Positions 12,476-26,521 of a DNA stretch of 64,000 bases are shown here, one piece after another. This DNA is from Carcharhinus longimanus. Its lineage: Eukaryota. The number at the start of each line of letters is the position of its first letter. Position 1 is the first letter of the stretch. The DNA lies in the NCBI GenBank assembly GCA_030264375.1, contig JASCQW010000072.1, positions 65,992,855-66,056,854 on the forward strand, read 5' to 3'. Position numbers and translations under genes: made by a program. The notes beneath the pieces are model-generated. The model searched no databases. It was not told where the DNA came from and saw nothing but the letters and a program-made list of their open reading frames with translations.

Positions 12476-12719
12476 CCCCTGGGTATTTTCTCCCATTTCA
12501 CAATTCCTGAAGGCATTGGGTGCTTGCTAGACATGAATCTATGCTAATTGTTTACCCTTCTGTACCTCACCCATGTGACCATCACTTACACTGGCTCTTT
12601 TTACTATAAACATAAGTGGAAATTTGAGTGCTGAGGATACAACAGCTGTGTTTAACTGCATCCTCAAGTGGGTAATTTTAGCCATGGGGACCAATGGCTT
12701 TCCCTTTCAAATCTGAGGC

Positions 12720-12825
12720 CCTGGCTGAGATCAGGTAACTCGGCACCAGGCAAAGATCGAATCTCAGGGCATCTAGCTCTGAAAGATCTCAGCTACTCAC
12801 TGGAACAAAACTCGCTGAGCCATCT
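12720..12825 (-). mobile_element. Ancient tRNA-derived SINE head fragment (family uncertain)
   Basis: Minus strand gives gatggctcagcgag (A-box-like), gattcgatc (B-box-like), then gccgagttacctgatctcagccag. Confidence 0.4.
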
Positions 12826-13819
12826 GCCTTGAGACAGTTAATCCACACTTCAGGACGTGGCTGCTTTCCATTGCCTGTAGATACTCCTTTGTTCTGTGTC
12901 CAGATGGCCCATTACACAGCAAATGATCAATGAAGATGGCTGGTGATGTGTTTGCTGGAGTTGCAGTAATTGACTCATGCTTTGTTAATTAGTTTTGGAT
13001 AGTCTTAATTGCCTCAGTGCCTGTGTGTAAAAAAGGAGATTACACATCAACACAATATGTGGAGCTTTTTGGTCTTTGGACAGCTTTACTATCCATTGAT
13101 GTCCAATCCATTGTTGCCTGATCTTTGCTCTGCCAAATAGCATGTATCCAAAGAGAGGGTCCAATCCAGCTGGTTTCTGCTTAGCAACGTGCTTAGAGAA
13201 TGATTCGAACATCTTCACTAGCTAATTGATGCTATGGAGACAATTAGCTTTCTGTTGTAAGGGTTTATTGTTAAGCTTCTAATTCAGGGGCAGCAGTTCA
13301 TTTGGATTTTTTGTGATTTTGGCGGGTGAGTAATGAAACAGCGGAAACACAAACCACAATGGCTAAGTGGGCGAAATTCTATGAGGGCTTGATCTCTTAC
13401 TCTTTAGTTATGTCAGAAAATTAAGATGTAACAAGAACAAAAGCTGGCCATTCAGCCCCTTGAGCTTGTTCTGCCACCATTCAGTGAGGTCATGGCTGAC
13501 CTGTGAATTAACTCCATCATTTGCTATTGTTCAGTGAAGTTTAATATCTTGCCCTCGCTAATATCTATCAAGTTCAATCAAGAAATGTCTAATTGATCCC
13601 CACCTCTCCGTGAGGGAAAGTGTTCTCATTACATTTCCACCACAGTTAATGAGAAGGAATGTTTCCTGATATTACTTTTAAACAGCCCATCTCTAAAGCC
13701 CTATTGTCCTAGATTCCCCCAATGTGCCTAAGTGTTCTTCTTTATCTATCCTAGCAAATCCTTGAATATCTTGAGGAAAATGTTGATGAGGAAGGCTTAT
13801 CTGCCTAGACAGAGTTTAC

Positions 13820-14640
13820 TGAAATAAAAGCAAAATGCTGGAAATCCAAAATTGAAACAGAAAATGCTGGATAAACTCAGCGAGTCTGCCAGTGTCTGTG
13901 GAGAGACTCATAGAATCCCTACAGTACAGAAGGAGGCCATTCAGTCCATCAAGCCTGACAATCCTAACCAGGCCCTATCCCTATGTATTTACCTCCTAAT
14001 CCCCTGACACTAAGGGAGAATTTAGCATCACCAATCAACCTAACTCGCACGTCTTTAGACTGTAGGAGGAAACTAGAGCACCTGGAGGAAACCCAGGCAG
14101 ACACAGAGAGAACATGTAAACTCCACACAGTCACCCAAGGCTGGGATTGAACCCAGATCCCTAACAATGTGAGGCAGTAATGCTAACCACTGTGCAGCCC
14201 AAGAGAGAAACAGAGTTAAAGGCTTGAGTGCATTTGACCCTTCTACAGAACTGGAGGAGTAGAAATGTAAACAATGATAAAGTTGGAAGAGGGGGGTGGA
14301 GAGGATGGAAAATAAAAGGGCAAGAATAATTCAGGAAAAGGAGAGATTGACAGACGTGTCATGGACATAAGACAAAGAGGAGTCTGAGTGCTGCCATTCG
14401 AGGCTGAGGAGTGCTGATAATGGCAAAAGGTAAGATAGTCGAATGTGTTAATAAGAGAAGAAAGGTCAGTGGTTAGTGAGAGCAAACCTGAGGACAAAGG
14501 CCTGGAGGGCATATGGGGAAGCAGTGGGGCAGGGTTGGGGCAGGGAACCAAAGGAACCATAAAACTAAAAACAAAAGATGGGGAGGCCAGTTGAAGGGGA
14601 AAGTTCACAGTATAAAGTTGTTGGATACAGTGTGGAGTCC
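13820..14640 (-). mobile_element. Penelope-like element 3' region, interrupted by an HE1-like SINE
   Basis: Reverse complement resembles 28500-28925 and 38615-38725 (pyrimidine-rich body, decayed hammerhead near 14225-14250, ctctccacagacactggcagactcgctgagtttatccagcattttctg tail). Confidence 0.6.
13908..14198 (-). mobile_element. HE1-like SINE inserted in the PLE-like element
   Basis: Tail catagaatccctacagtacagaaggaggccattc through head tgctaaccactgtg; gagaga on both flanks. Confidence 0.88.
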
Positions 14641-14899
14641 AGAGCACTTTACTGTACCCCTTTCCTCATTACAACATCCAACTGCATCATAAAAGACACA
14701 ATGGTTTTACTCCCACAATTCCGATCAATCCATACATTCATTACAAATATTATTAAGAGCTTCCTGACATTGTTTTAACAAAAGGCTATCAATCTGAGAC
14801 ATTTGCTCTGCTTCTATCCTAACTGACAGTGTTGAGTGTGGTAGGCAGTGTATTGTGACACTCCTCTGCATCAGGCTCTCAATGTCTCTCTATCGCTCA

Positions 14900-15116
14900 A
14901 GGTGAAGATGTTGGCATTGGACTGAGATGGACACGGTAAGTTGAAGGGGAACTTTCCAACCATTCTTCACATTCCAATCTGTAATTATCTTGCAATTGTG
15001 TCTTTGCCTCTATATGCCGTGTTTGTGAAACCTACCTTTCCACTCACCTGATGAAGGTCAACACTTCTAAATAAACCTGTTGGATTTTAACCTGGTGTTG
15101 TGAGACTTCTTACTGT
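14900..15116 (+). mobile_element. Penelope-like terminal repeat with truncated hammerhead
   Basis: cacctgatgaagg at ~15045 (stem II/GAAA deleted), then aaataaacctgttggattttaacctggtgttgtgagacttcttactg. Confidence 0.7.
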
Positions 15117-15639
15117 CTCTATGCCTCAGTGTAGATGTTTTTAGCAATTTAGTCATTGCTGGGATTTATCATGTGGGGAAAATGAAAAGCAAACCCTGTC
15201 AGGGTTGCTTGCAGGCTCCTAGAAAGGTCATTTTTTCAAAGGCACCCAGCACCTGATTGAGGGAGCTAACATTGAGAGGTCTGAGGGTGTGCTGTCAGCC
15301 AGCCCCGTCCTTGCTGCCACCTATCCTGTCCTCCCTCCCTCACCACCTCTACTCCATGAATCCCCTCCAAGCTTCCATCGCCTGTGGCCTGGCTCCAGAG
15401 CTGATCCTGGACCTCTGGTGGGTGTATTATCAGCAACAGCCACCACTTGCCCAGTGACAATGCTGATCACGTCACAGCTGCCAGCCTCTAATTGACTGGC
15501 ACCACTTGGAATAGGAATCTGGCCCCTTGTGGGCCTAGATCCTGGGGAAGGCCAATTGATGCCCAGTTCAATGCCTGAGTGGCATGAAAGTAGGAAAGGC
15601 AAGACTTTCATTGGGTCTCCAAACTGAGGTTAATAAACG

Positions 15640-16290
15640 GAAAATAACATTCATGCCACACCAGTGCCAGGCAATGACCATCGCCAACAAGAGAAAATCT
15701 AACCATCTTCTCTTGACATTTAATGACATGAGTATCACTAAATGCCCCACTATCAACATCTGGAGTTACAATTAACTAGGACCTGAACTGGACCAATTAT
15801 ATAAATACTGTCACTACACGAGCAGATCAGAGGCTGAAAACTCTGTGACAAGTATCTGACTTCCTGAGATGCTGCCATCTAGGACACCCCATCCACAAAC
15901 ATTCACTCCCTCAAGCGCTGTTCCACAGTTGCAGCAGTGTGGACCACCTATACTGTTCCCTGCAGCAACTCACCAAGGCTCCTTTGACAGCTTCTTCCAA
16001 ACCCACAACCTCAACGATTTAGAAGGATAAGACAGTAGACACATGGGAATACCAACATCTGCAAATTCCTCTCCAAACCACCCACCATCCTGACTTGGAA
16101 ATACATCACCATTCCTTCAATGTCACTGAGTTGAAAAGTTGGAACTTGTTTGCTGACAGCGCTGTGTGTATGCCCACGTCACATAGGATGGAGCGCTTCA
16201 AAAAGGCCATCACCTCCTTAAGGGCTGTTACAGATGGACAACAAATGCTGACCTAGCCATCAACAATCCATTGAAGAATAAAAATAAAAC
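15640..16290 (+). mobile_element. CR1-like LINE 3' fragment (family B)
   Basis: Homologous to 786-1590. Confidence 0.82.
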
Positions 16291-16298
16291 TGACTCTG

Positions 16299-16458
16299 GC
16301 GAAGAGGGGGAACCAAAGACGAGGAAGAAGGGAACTGAGGACAGAGAGGAGGGGGAACCAAGGAGTGGGAGAAGAAGGGGGAATGAGGGTGGGGAAAGAA
16401 GGGGAAACTGAAAGCGGAGAAAAAGGGGAACCAAGGGGTGGAGAAAGGGGGAAACTGA
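16299..16458. repeat. Purine-rich minisatellite, ~22-bp unit, ~7-8 copies
   Basis: Repeated gaagaGGGGGAACCAAGG/GGGGAAACTGA units. Confidence 0.7.
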
Positions 16459-17234
16459 TTACAGAACTGAGATGAAACAACCTCTCATCCAAGATTCTCC
16501 ATTTCGACACTCAACTAAAATCATCTTTCTCACATCAATAAGTGTCTGTCTCCTGGAACAGGTACTGAAACCTGTCAATACAGAGATGTAAACCAGTGAG
16601 ATGCCCTCTTCAAAAACATTCCACACACCAGGACCGGTGTTGAGGAGCAGGGGTGAGAGGTGAACATGGTGGGAGTCTAGGGAGAAAGCCCTCAGCTGCT
16701 CTTGAATTTGGAATAGTTTGGAGACAGAACATTTGCTATCCGTTGACATGTGGAAGCAGGCAGAGTGTTTAGTTTATGGTATCCCTCAGGATTTGTACAA
16801 CTCTTTCCCACTCTGGAGACAGTTAGAAATGTATCTCCTATTGTTTAATTTTGACACAGAAGGGCATTTCAAACAAGCATAGTCTTAGACCTGGTCACAA
16901 ATCACTCAGGCTTTTTGTTGCAATTACTCCACTGAGATCATAAAATACACTGAGGAACAGTTTCTATCCTAGCACATGCGTATGATTCAACAGAAAAAAA
17001 GTACTAGCAAACCACAAATAATAGTTCTAGATTTCAGAGACTTTTTACACTCTGTCAGAGAATGATATCTAAATTCCTAAAGGAATTGTAAATTTAAATT
17101 AACATTAGTCTCATAGTCTTAATCTAAAACATACTGAAAACCACAATGGAATGTGTATGGGGATTAACGGCGAAAATTGGAGCTGGATGAATGCACTGAT
17201 AATAAGACAGGGCTGTCTGAAAGTCTGGATTTAA

Positions 17235-17460
17235 TGTGGAACACCACCAACTGCAGGGTTCCCCTCCAAGTCACTCACTATCCTGACTTGGAAATATATC
17301 ACCATTCTTTCACTGTACTTGGGCCAAATTCCTGAAATCCCCTCCTGGACAACTCTGTGGGTGTACCTACACCTCAGGGACTGCAGCAGTTCAAGGTGGT
17401 GGATCACCATCGTCTCCTTAAGAGCAATTAGGGGTGGTCCGTATATGAATAAAAAAATTA
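17235..17460 (+). mobile_element. CR1-like LINE 3' tail (family B)
   Basis: ccaagtcactcactatcctgacttggaaatatatcacc... Confidence 0.8.
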
Positions 17461-18254
17461 AAGAATGAATTCAGCCTACAATTTAAGTCATAACTGCTGA
17501 TTAGCATAATTTGAATTTGCCTTAAGGAGCTAAGTTAGACACCTACAAAATTAGTACTGATTGGAAACAACTTTCATGGAGCACGATAGGTGGAGGTGGA
17601 TTAGTGGGGGGGATGGCAGTATTTGTTCGGGCAGGAGGATGCCAGGTGAGGACCCTGCACTTTCCCCCGCTCTGCCATGACAAAGTTTGGTGTGGGAAGG
17701 CTGGTGAATGGTTTTCCCATCACGCTGCCAACTGAGGCCCTGAAATGAGTAATTGATGCTCAGTTAAGGGTCTCATCCCACCACAGTTGATATTTAACCA
17801 GCAGTGGGTGGGGAAGTCCCCCATGTACAAAACGTAATCCCTACCGGTTTTGCTTGTTGGAGCCAAGGAGGTATCCCTTATTCAATGACAGTGCCTGATC
17901 GTGTGTCCTGGCATTGTGGAGGGAGGGCACACTGAGATCCAATTGCTGCCCTTGCCACTGAACTCCTGACCCTCCCAGCCAATGAATGTCCTCCCCATGA
18001 CCACCACTGGTGGCCTGGGTCCCTTACAGCTCCTGTGGTGTGTGCATTGCTAACAGCTACCACCACTCACCTGCTGCTTGTGATGGCAATGAGAAGATGC
18101 CAGTCTCTGTCTGGCCTTCAACTCTAAAGGATTTCTGCCCCCAGAATCCATGATCCCAGAGGAGATCTGAGAGACTCGATGGTTAGCATTTATTTTCTGA
18201 GGACTACTCCTTCACCGTCTGAAGCTGCCTCTCAAAGCCTACTGACTATCACAG

Positions 18255-18615
18255 TTTGCCGTGCAGTTACAGGGACCTAGGTCGGATCTCCTGCTTGGGT
18301 CGTTGTCTGTGGGAGTTTGCACATTCTCTCTGTGCTTGCGTGGGTTTTCTCCGGGTGCTCCAGTCTCCTCCCACACCCCAAAAATGTGCTTTTAGGCTGA
18401 TTGGTGTTAATAAATTGTCCCTAAATTGGATCTCCCTTAATCTGGCACGCACATAATTCCCTAAAATTTGCACCCCTTTATTGTGGAGTCCATGAGATGT
18501 AGACAGAAGTCGTATGTAGAAGGAGGATTGGAATGAGGCACTCACTGAGTGTTAAAATGGGCGGTGAGGGCTTGTAGGGCCAAAGGGCCTGTTTCCTGTG
18601 CTGTGTTGTTCTTTG
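18255..18615 (+). mobile_element. V-SINE-like element (variant)
   Basis: V-like core ggagtttgcacattctctctgtgcttgcgtgggttttctccgggtgctcc, CR1-type tail gggccaaagggcctgtttcctgtgctgt. Confidence 0.7.
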
Positions 18616-19419
18616 GTGTTTACACCAGATGGAACTTTATCATTTTTCTGACAGATGCTGGAGGCACAGTATTTTGTGCAGGATTGAACACCAACAGTGT
18701 AGATGTGTACTCCAGAGGTTGGTGTTAGGATGACTGCTTTTTGTAGATATATATTAACGATGTGGCTGGACTTGGGTACATGGGGTATCAGTTAAACGTT
18801 TACAAATGAAATAAAATTCTTAAAAAATGGCAGACTGTTAAAAAGCAATACATGATCTTTGGCTTTATAAAGAGAGATAGAGTATAAACTTTCTCTCCTC
18901 AGATAATAGGATAGTAGGAATAGGCCATTCAGCCCCTCCACACTGTTCCACCACTCAATAATTTTGAGACTCTTTTGCTTGCAATTTCAATCCTACATTC
19001 CTGTCTCAAGTCAATAACCTTTCATCCCCTTGTTAATCAAGAACCTATCTAGCTTTACCTTAAAAACATTCATAGACTCTGCCTCCACTGCCTTTGGAGG
19101 AAGAGTTCCAGAGACTCGTGATCCTTTGAGATCAAAAAGTTCTCCTCAGCTCTGTCTTAAGTGACCCCTTATTTTTAAACATTGACTCCCTAGTTATAGA
19201 TTCTTTGATATCAGAAACATTCTCTCCACCCCTTGGGATCTTAAAGTGTTCAATCAAGTTGCCTCTTACTCTCCTAAGCATCCTTTTGCAACAGAAAGGA
19301 AGACATGTTAAACCTTCATAAAATACAGATGAGGCTACAGCTGGACAATAGTGGAAAATTCTAGGTACTACATTCTATGAAAGAAATAAAGACCTTACAC
19401 AGAATGCAGCTGAGATTTG

Positions 19420-20590
19420 AGAACATAGGAGCTGGAATAAGTCGTAACACCTCACGAGCCATCAATGCAATCATGGCAGACCTTCTGTCTCAACTCCAGT
19501 TTCTTGCAAGCTACCCCCATACACTCCGATTCTTTAAGAGATCACCAATCTCTCGATCCTAACCTTAACTATATTCAACAATGGAGAATCTACAACCCTC
19601 TGGGGTAGAGAATGCCAAAACTTTACAATATCTCCCCATCTCAATCCTAAATGATTACCCCCTTATTCTGAGACTCATGCCCCATAGTCTAGATTTCCTA
19701 GCCAGGGGAAATGACCTCTAGGTATGGTCCCTGTCAAGTTTGTTCTGAATTTTATATACTTCAGCTCTCATTCTTGTGAGCATCAGAGTATAGGCACTAT
19801 TTATTCAGCCCCTCATCATTGAGTAACCTTCTCATTCCTTTGGCCTCCCAATCCAGTGAACATTTGCTGCAGGGTCTCCAAGGCAAATATTATTATTTTT
19901 TTTTAAGTATCAAGATAAATGGTCAGCTTAGCTCAGTTGGCTGGACAGCCGTTTCATGCTGCCAAATGACATCAGCAGTGTGGGTTCAATTCTCGTACCG
20001 ATTAGATTAGATTCATTTCTGTGTCTTCATCCAAGTCATTAATGTCTGCCTCAGGACCAGAAATTCCCATCTAAAGTCAATTGATCTTTTGCTAGTCGGT
20101 TACACTTTCAATTCTGCCCAAGGCAATTCCCATGGTATGTGGGACCAAAAAATTTAGACCTAAATTGCTGAGGCCCCAACATAGATTTATGTGGTACCAC
20201 ATTCATTGTGGCCTTCCAATTTGAAAATGCTCCTTTTATCCGTACTGTTTCCTGACCATTAACCAATCCTCCATTCATGTTAGTACATGATCCCAAACTC
20301 CACAGACCGTTACCTTGTGTATTAATCTATGTGATACCTTACTGAATCCTACTTGGAAATCCAAGTAAAATACACCTGCCAATTCCCTTTTATCCCTACT
20401 CATTACATCCTCAAAATACTTAATTAAATTTGTCAAATATCATTTCCCTTCTGTAAACCGATGTTGACTGTTGGATGATACTAATATTTTCTAAGTGTAT
20501 TGTTAAGACTTCATTAATAATAGATTCCAGCACTTCCCAGATGACTGATGTCAGACTAATTGGCCTGAAGTTTCTCACTCCCTCCTTTCT
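19420..20590 (-). mobile_element. Decayed CR1 LINE (RT to 3' tail) with nested small insertions
   Basis: Minus ORFs NFRPISLTSVIWEVLESII and IKGAFSNWK..VPHKSMLGPQQF (CR1 RT motifs, GVPQGSVLGP-like). Confidence 0.78.
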
Positions 20591-21279
20591 TAAACAAAGT
20601 TGCACTCACTAGAATGTTGTGATGGATGGAAGACATGGAGATGAGAAAAACTGAAGTTTCTCTCCTTCAGGCAGTGATGTTAAAGGGAGATTTGATAAAA
20701 GTCTTCAAATTCATAAAGGTGGATGAGAGAATAAATAAGGGGCAGGTGGCTGGGGGAGGTTTCCATTGGGAGAAGTGTCGATAACCAGAAGTCAGACTTA
20801 AGAAAATTGACAAAAGCAGCAGGGGCAACATTAGGAAAAAGACATTTATGCAGTGAGTTACAAGCTGAAACAAATTCACTCATAACTTTCAAAAGGAAAT
20901 TGGATAAATGCTTGAAGAGGAAGAATTTGCAAAGAGCATAAGGAATTTGAGCTTAGAGCACCATTGTGCAGACATCCTGATCTCCCAGTGAACTGGGAAA
21001 CTTCTTGCTCTTCTCTGCTATCCTATCATCTGCAGCAGTGTAAGCCCCTCCCCATGGCAACACAGGTAACTGGCATTAGGACCTTCCCAATGAGTCCCCC
21101 ATCACAACCCCCTCCACAACCCAGCCTGCATGTACCCACATGGCAGTCTCTTCACCCTTACCGTCAGTACCCCCCTTGCATACCCATCCCTGTCTATCAC
21201 CCTGCACCGCCACACATCAACCCCCCTTTGCATACCTATCCCTGCCAATCAAAACCCCCAACTCTCCCCACTTCCCCCT

Positions 21280-21720
21280 CCCTATTAAAGTTCAGCTCAT
21301 TGAAAACTTTGCATGTCTGAATCCTAACTTGCCAATTAATCCAATTGCTGCTGTGCTTTCTGATCTCCATTTACACCCCCAACTGGCAATGCCTCCGTTT
21401 TTCAAATCTCCCCATGTCTTTCTCCTTCCCTATATCTGTAAACTCCTTCAGCCCCACAACCCTGCAAGACAGCTGTACTCCTGGTTCTGGCCTCTTGCAT
21501 ATCCCTGACTTTGACTGCTTCATTAATGGTTGCCATTCTGTCAGTTGCCTGATCCCTAAACTCTGGAATCCCTCCATTCATTTCTCTATCAGAGTCTCCT
21601 CTTCTAAAGATGCCCCTGAAAACATATCCCTTTGCCCTGGATTTTACGTCTTCCAATATCTCAAGTGGTTCGGTGTTGACTATGTTGCTGAGTTACCCTG
21701 GGACATTTTATCCCTTTGGG
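21280..21720 (+). mobile_element. L2-like LINE 3' fragment
   Basis: KVQLIENFACL...PINPIAAVLSDLH, similar to 61935-62340. Confidence 0.55.
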
Positions 21721-22234
21721 TCAGTTCTGTAAATTCACGTTGCTATTTATTGGGTTCCTATGCAAACTTTTTGCTTTGCTCAGGAATTGGTGGTTTTCGT
21801 GAGCAGTAGACTGCAGAATTTTTGAGAAAAAGAAACAAATGGACAACGTGCAGAAAATGCAATTTCGGCCGATTGGCTGAAGCTTCACGAAGGATTCACC
21901 CAGCCGAAGCAATAATTTCCATTATCTAATTCTCATTATTCAAAGCTAGCTAAGAAAATAAATATTAAACAATTCTCTGTTGTTTTCATGTCACGGTGAG
22001 AAATTAATACAATATTGACTCGACCAACATTTTACATCTATTTTTGACAATGCAAAGCAAAATTATGAAATGCAATGCATTTTTGAGTTTCTGTCTCCAA
22101 TATTTTCCTGCAGCTATCGACAGGGTCAGTCATGGAGTCAGGTGCCAACCAATGCTGACAGTTCAAGTAAAACAATTAATCATAACATTGTTATAGACAA
22201 TCGTTAAGAATAAAAGAATTGCACAATTAGGAAC

Positions 22235-22395
22235 ATGCAAGTACGCAAAGATTTGCAGTAGGTCGATTGGCCATGTAAAATTGCCTATTGGCGTCAGGGG
22301 GATTAGCAGGGTAAATACGAGGGCCTGGGTGAGATTGTTGTCAGGGTATGCTTGTTAGACTGAAAGGCTTCCTTCTGCACTGCAGGGGTTCTATA
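22235..22395 (+). mobile_element. HE1-like SINE 3' fragment
   Basis: gattggccatgtaaaattgcc...ccttctgcactgcaggggttcta. Confidence 0.75.
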
Positions 22396-25300
22396 ATAAT
22401 TGTATGAATCTAAATTACAATACATTGCAAAATTCACGTCTCCTACAGAAAAAATGAATGGCCCACTGCACTGTTGTGTTAAAATTCTATTGAGCATCTT
22501 TTAGGTTGACTTAAATGTGATAATGATTGAGAATTTAATTATGAAATTTGTGAAGACACAAAATTGTTACAATGCAGAGAGAGGCCATTCAGCCTATTGT
22601 ATCTGGAACAGCTCTCCAAATGAGCAGTATGACTTAGTGTCATTCCTCTGCTCGCTCCACCCCCCCCACCCTCCAGTAGCCCTGCATTTTATATCTTAAG
22701 TGTAGGATGATGTGTTTTCTCCTTAATTTTATCGCACATTCACTTTTGTATTGTGTGGCATGAGTTGATGATAATGGGAGGTGGTAGCAAAGCGGAGACA
22801 GAGCTTTCTCTGCCCATCAGCAAGGGAAGACATATCCCAATGTTTGACTGTAACAAATAGTTTTTGGTACAATTTAAAGGGGGCAGTTTCAATGCTCATT
22901 TATTAAGTAATGCCATCAGAGAGAAAATGCCTTGGAAAGTATTGCTAAGGTTTAAAATTCCAAATCAATAAAAGCAATAGCGGAGTAAGAACCGAGTTTC
23001 CAAAGAAGCGTTCAAACTATTCTGAATGTGGAGTGGGGTAGTCAAAACAATTGGACATTAAACATTACATTTGATTACTTCAGAGCTATTAGTCATGAGC
23101 ATCAACAGTTTTAAACTAAGTTATTCGAGGCCTTTCTCAGCAACCTGGTGTGGGGAAGTAACAATCAAAAATTTAATGACTCACAGAATGGTTAAGTAAA
23201 AGTATGATAAGCAGCGCAGCCTTCAGTTAGTTAAATTACAGCTGCAACCAGTATAATGCTGCTTATTGGGATTTTATCATGCACGTGTGATAACTAAAAT
23301 ATATAAATATATTACACAGCCTTTGTATAAGTAGACACTCTGTAGGAGCAGGTTGTGTCTCCCAAGCATATTTGTGAATAAAGTCTGTTCCTGCAACTTA
23401 GACTTCTGTTTCCATCCTTCAATGTCATTAGAATAGACAGAAGGCACATGAATAACTGGCTGCTGATTCCCCACAAGCTTGTTTTTTTTTTAAACTGCTG
23501 ATGTATTCCAATTCCACTCCTTTATGGTCACTGGGTATCTTTGCCAGTGCAGTGCCAAGGGGAAAGTGGCAAATTGCTTATTAGGCTTAAGCTTTCAAAA
23601 AAAAAGGGAAGTTGTCAATCCAGCTCATCTCATCCTGCCAAGCTGTAGACGATTGTCATAGGATCCTGGCAAAGTCATGAGTGACAGTGCACATTACTGT
23701 TGCACAATGGTAATGTGGTACTTGCCTTATTGAGCTTATAATCAAAAGGTCTGAATCCCTGTCATTCCTTTTGGGAAATAATTTATTGCCCTTACTCAGT
23801 CAGGTCTCTATGCAACTCTAAGCCCATTCCAAAGTCCTAACTGCCCTGTGAAATAATTGGTCAATTGTTCCTAATTCAGAGCAATAAGTGCCAGAACTGC
23901 CAATGATGTTCACATTTCAGGAGCATATATCATATATATTTATTTTTTAAGTCTACATTTATCTTTCTCCCAGTTTCTTAGCTCTGTTCCTTACCTTGTC
24001 TAGATTGTTTTGAATATTAGATATATTTAACCCCTATAGCTTGGATTGTGACCAGGTCTTTAAAGAATCATGCACAGGATATGGTCTGAAACTCTCGCTG
24101 TCCATACAACTCCAAACTATCATTTAGGAGGGTAACAGTGGCATTATGAAATGTTAATGACCGTTCTCTGTATCAGCAGAAATTGAAACTCTGTATTCTG
24201 ACTTGCCTCTCCCGGTTCACAAGAAATTTATTTAGCCAGTAATGTTTCCCTCAAGCAATCCCATCCCACATATTCCACTCTATCACATTGAGGCCTTGGT
24301 GCAAACCATCCAAAGCTCTTGCCACTTGACAGCAATGATTGTTGCGTTTTGTAAGTAATTCGTTAGCTGTAAAATGCTGTGGAACATCCTAAGGAGGTGA
24401 AAGGTATTCATTAAATACAATTTTCTTTATCTTTCTTTCAATCAACTATTTTCAAAGGTTATGACATAGCTGTGTTCCCTCCTGCCAATCCCAGTGAATT
24501 GTTGGCTGTAACTGTGCAAGTGTGCTGCAATCCATTACATCTATCTGTGAAATTCAGCAACGTGGTCTGACAGACTATAAAGTAATCCTTGAGGCTTTAA
24601 TAACTAGACTTCTATCAGGGGAAACTGTGGGTATATTTGCCAGTGAAAATAATAATCACAGCAGCCGAGAAAACAATGGTGCACATCCTATCACCCTTAC
24701 TGTATTTGTAGAAAAAAATCTCAACTTTTGGATTGAGAGCTTTCATACACATTTGAGTACTGAGAATTATTAACCACATTAAGTAAATTTGTCTTCACTT
24801 GCTGTATATGTTTCTAATTGAATCATAGAATAAGACAACACAAATGAGGCTATGTCTGCCCTTTGAAGAGTTGTTCCAATTTATCCCATTTCAATACTCT
24901 TCCCCATAGCCCTGTAATTTTACATCCTCCAATTACCTTCGAGAGTTACTATTGAATCTGCTTCCACCAGTGTTTCAGGCAGTGAATTTCAGAACAAAGC
25001 AAACGTGCAAAGATATTTCTCTTCATCTGGTTGTTCAGCCAATTCCACTTTACTCTTGGGTTCTCTTGTTCCTGTCTATCCTGCCTACTTCCCCTTATTT
25101 ACAATTGTTCAATGATAAGTAAGTCAACAAATAAAATTCAGAATACATCCAGTGATCCTTGGATTAGGCATAGATTAGCAATATGCACCTTTTGCTGCAG
25201 TGTTAATTTGAATAAATTCACGTGAAACATTGCTTAACATTTTCTAATTTCAACATCTTGAAATTAACAGTGGCATTATGAAGTGTCTTGACAGGTTGCT

Positions 25301-26521
25301 CGAGTTGAAGTGAACACTATAGATCCTTTACAACATGGCAAAGGGTATTTCATAGTGTGCAGCACATTCAGATATTTTAAACATGATTGTGGGGTCTAAA
25401 AGAGGAAGTACTCTGCCTTTAGTAGTATTCTAGGGTGACAAAGGAATCTCCTGTTTTCCAGCCAACATTATGTCCTCAACTTAAAATTTAGTGACATTGG
25501 GAATAAGTATTTTTATAATTTCAACATTGAGGACATCAATACATCAACATGTTGTATAAACAGAATTGCAATAATATGGCATTAAATTGGCCTCAATTAT
25601 ATGCATAAATCTTGACAATGGGACTTGAACCCACAACTCTGATTCAAGTTAACTGAATATAGCCTATGGCATGGTAAAAGAGCTACAGTCACTATAGTAT
25701 GCCTTATGTGATATTACTTATGCTTAGACACAAAGCAGAGAACAACTCTTTTGTGGAAGCCCTTGTAGTAACATTCTGATTATTCCTTTAAACATATCTG
25801 TGGCTAGCCTCGAGGTCTAAGATTTCCAGTGGCTTTATAATAGAGCTTATGTTTTGTCAATTTGGTACTAAATTGACAGCTAGATTTTAGAATCCTTGTA
25901 TAAAAAAAAAATGAATAAATATAGCCTAACATCACATATCTAAATATTTAATAAAGTACCTTCCCCCATTGGTAATCTCATTTCAATTTCCATTGCTTTA
26001 TAAATTGCCAAAACTTCTCTACCTATGAATGCAGGCCAGGTAGTGGATCCAATTAATTGACAATGTTGGAATACTTATGGCTAGAGCTTAGATTGAACTC
26101 TTTGGCAATTTTGAAACTCATGCACTGGACTAGATTGGCCACACTACTTTAAGCCAATTTGCAAGGATTAGATAATCACATCACTAATGCAAAGCCATTA
26201 GAACTGGCACTTTTACAAACTTACAAGCAATCAAAAGGTGTCAAAAATTCTTCAAATGTAAAGCAAATTCCTTTCAAAATTGAGCCTTCAGCTAATGAAG
26301 CTGAAATTTGCTTTGTCAATGAGATAGAAAAGATCACCACTCATCATAAGCACAGTGATATTCAAACTCATTTTTGTGCAGAATCCTCCCCCCTCCACAA
26401 ATTGACTATTAGTGACTGCCTGCTCCATTTTTCAAAGACTGTGGGGCAATCTTACCTCAAACTTTTAAGTCCCAAACGAGGATGAAAACAGGAGAGTTTC
26501 AGATCTGTTTTTTTCAGCAAG

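Noticed and set aside
16459-16600. Ig leader-intron-like acceptor (ctctgtattgacag|GT) on the minus strand
   Set aside because: No V-domain hallmarks (spaced Cys/Trp, YYC) or RSS follow.
19915-20005. tRNA gene (tagctcagttgg A box, ggttcaattc B box)
   Set aside because: No convincing cloverleaf or acceptor stem; consistent with a SINE head fragment.
26159-26485. 108-aa ORF
   Set aside because: Non-ATG start, no recognisable motif or supporting splice structure.
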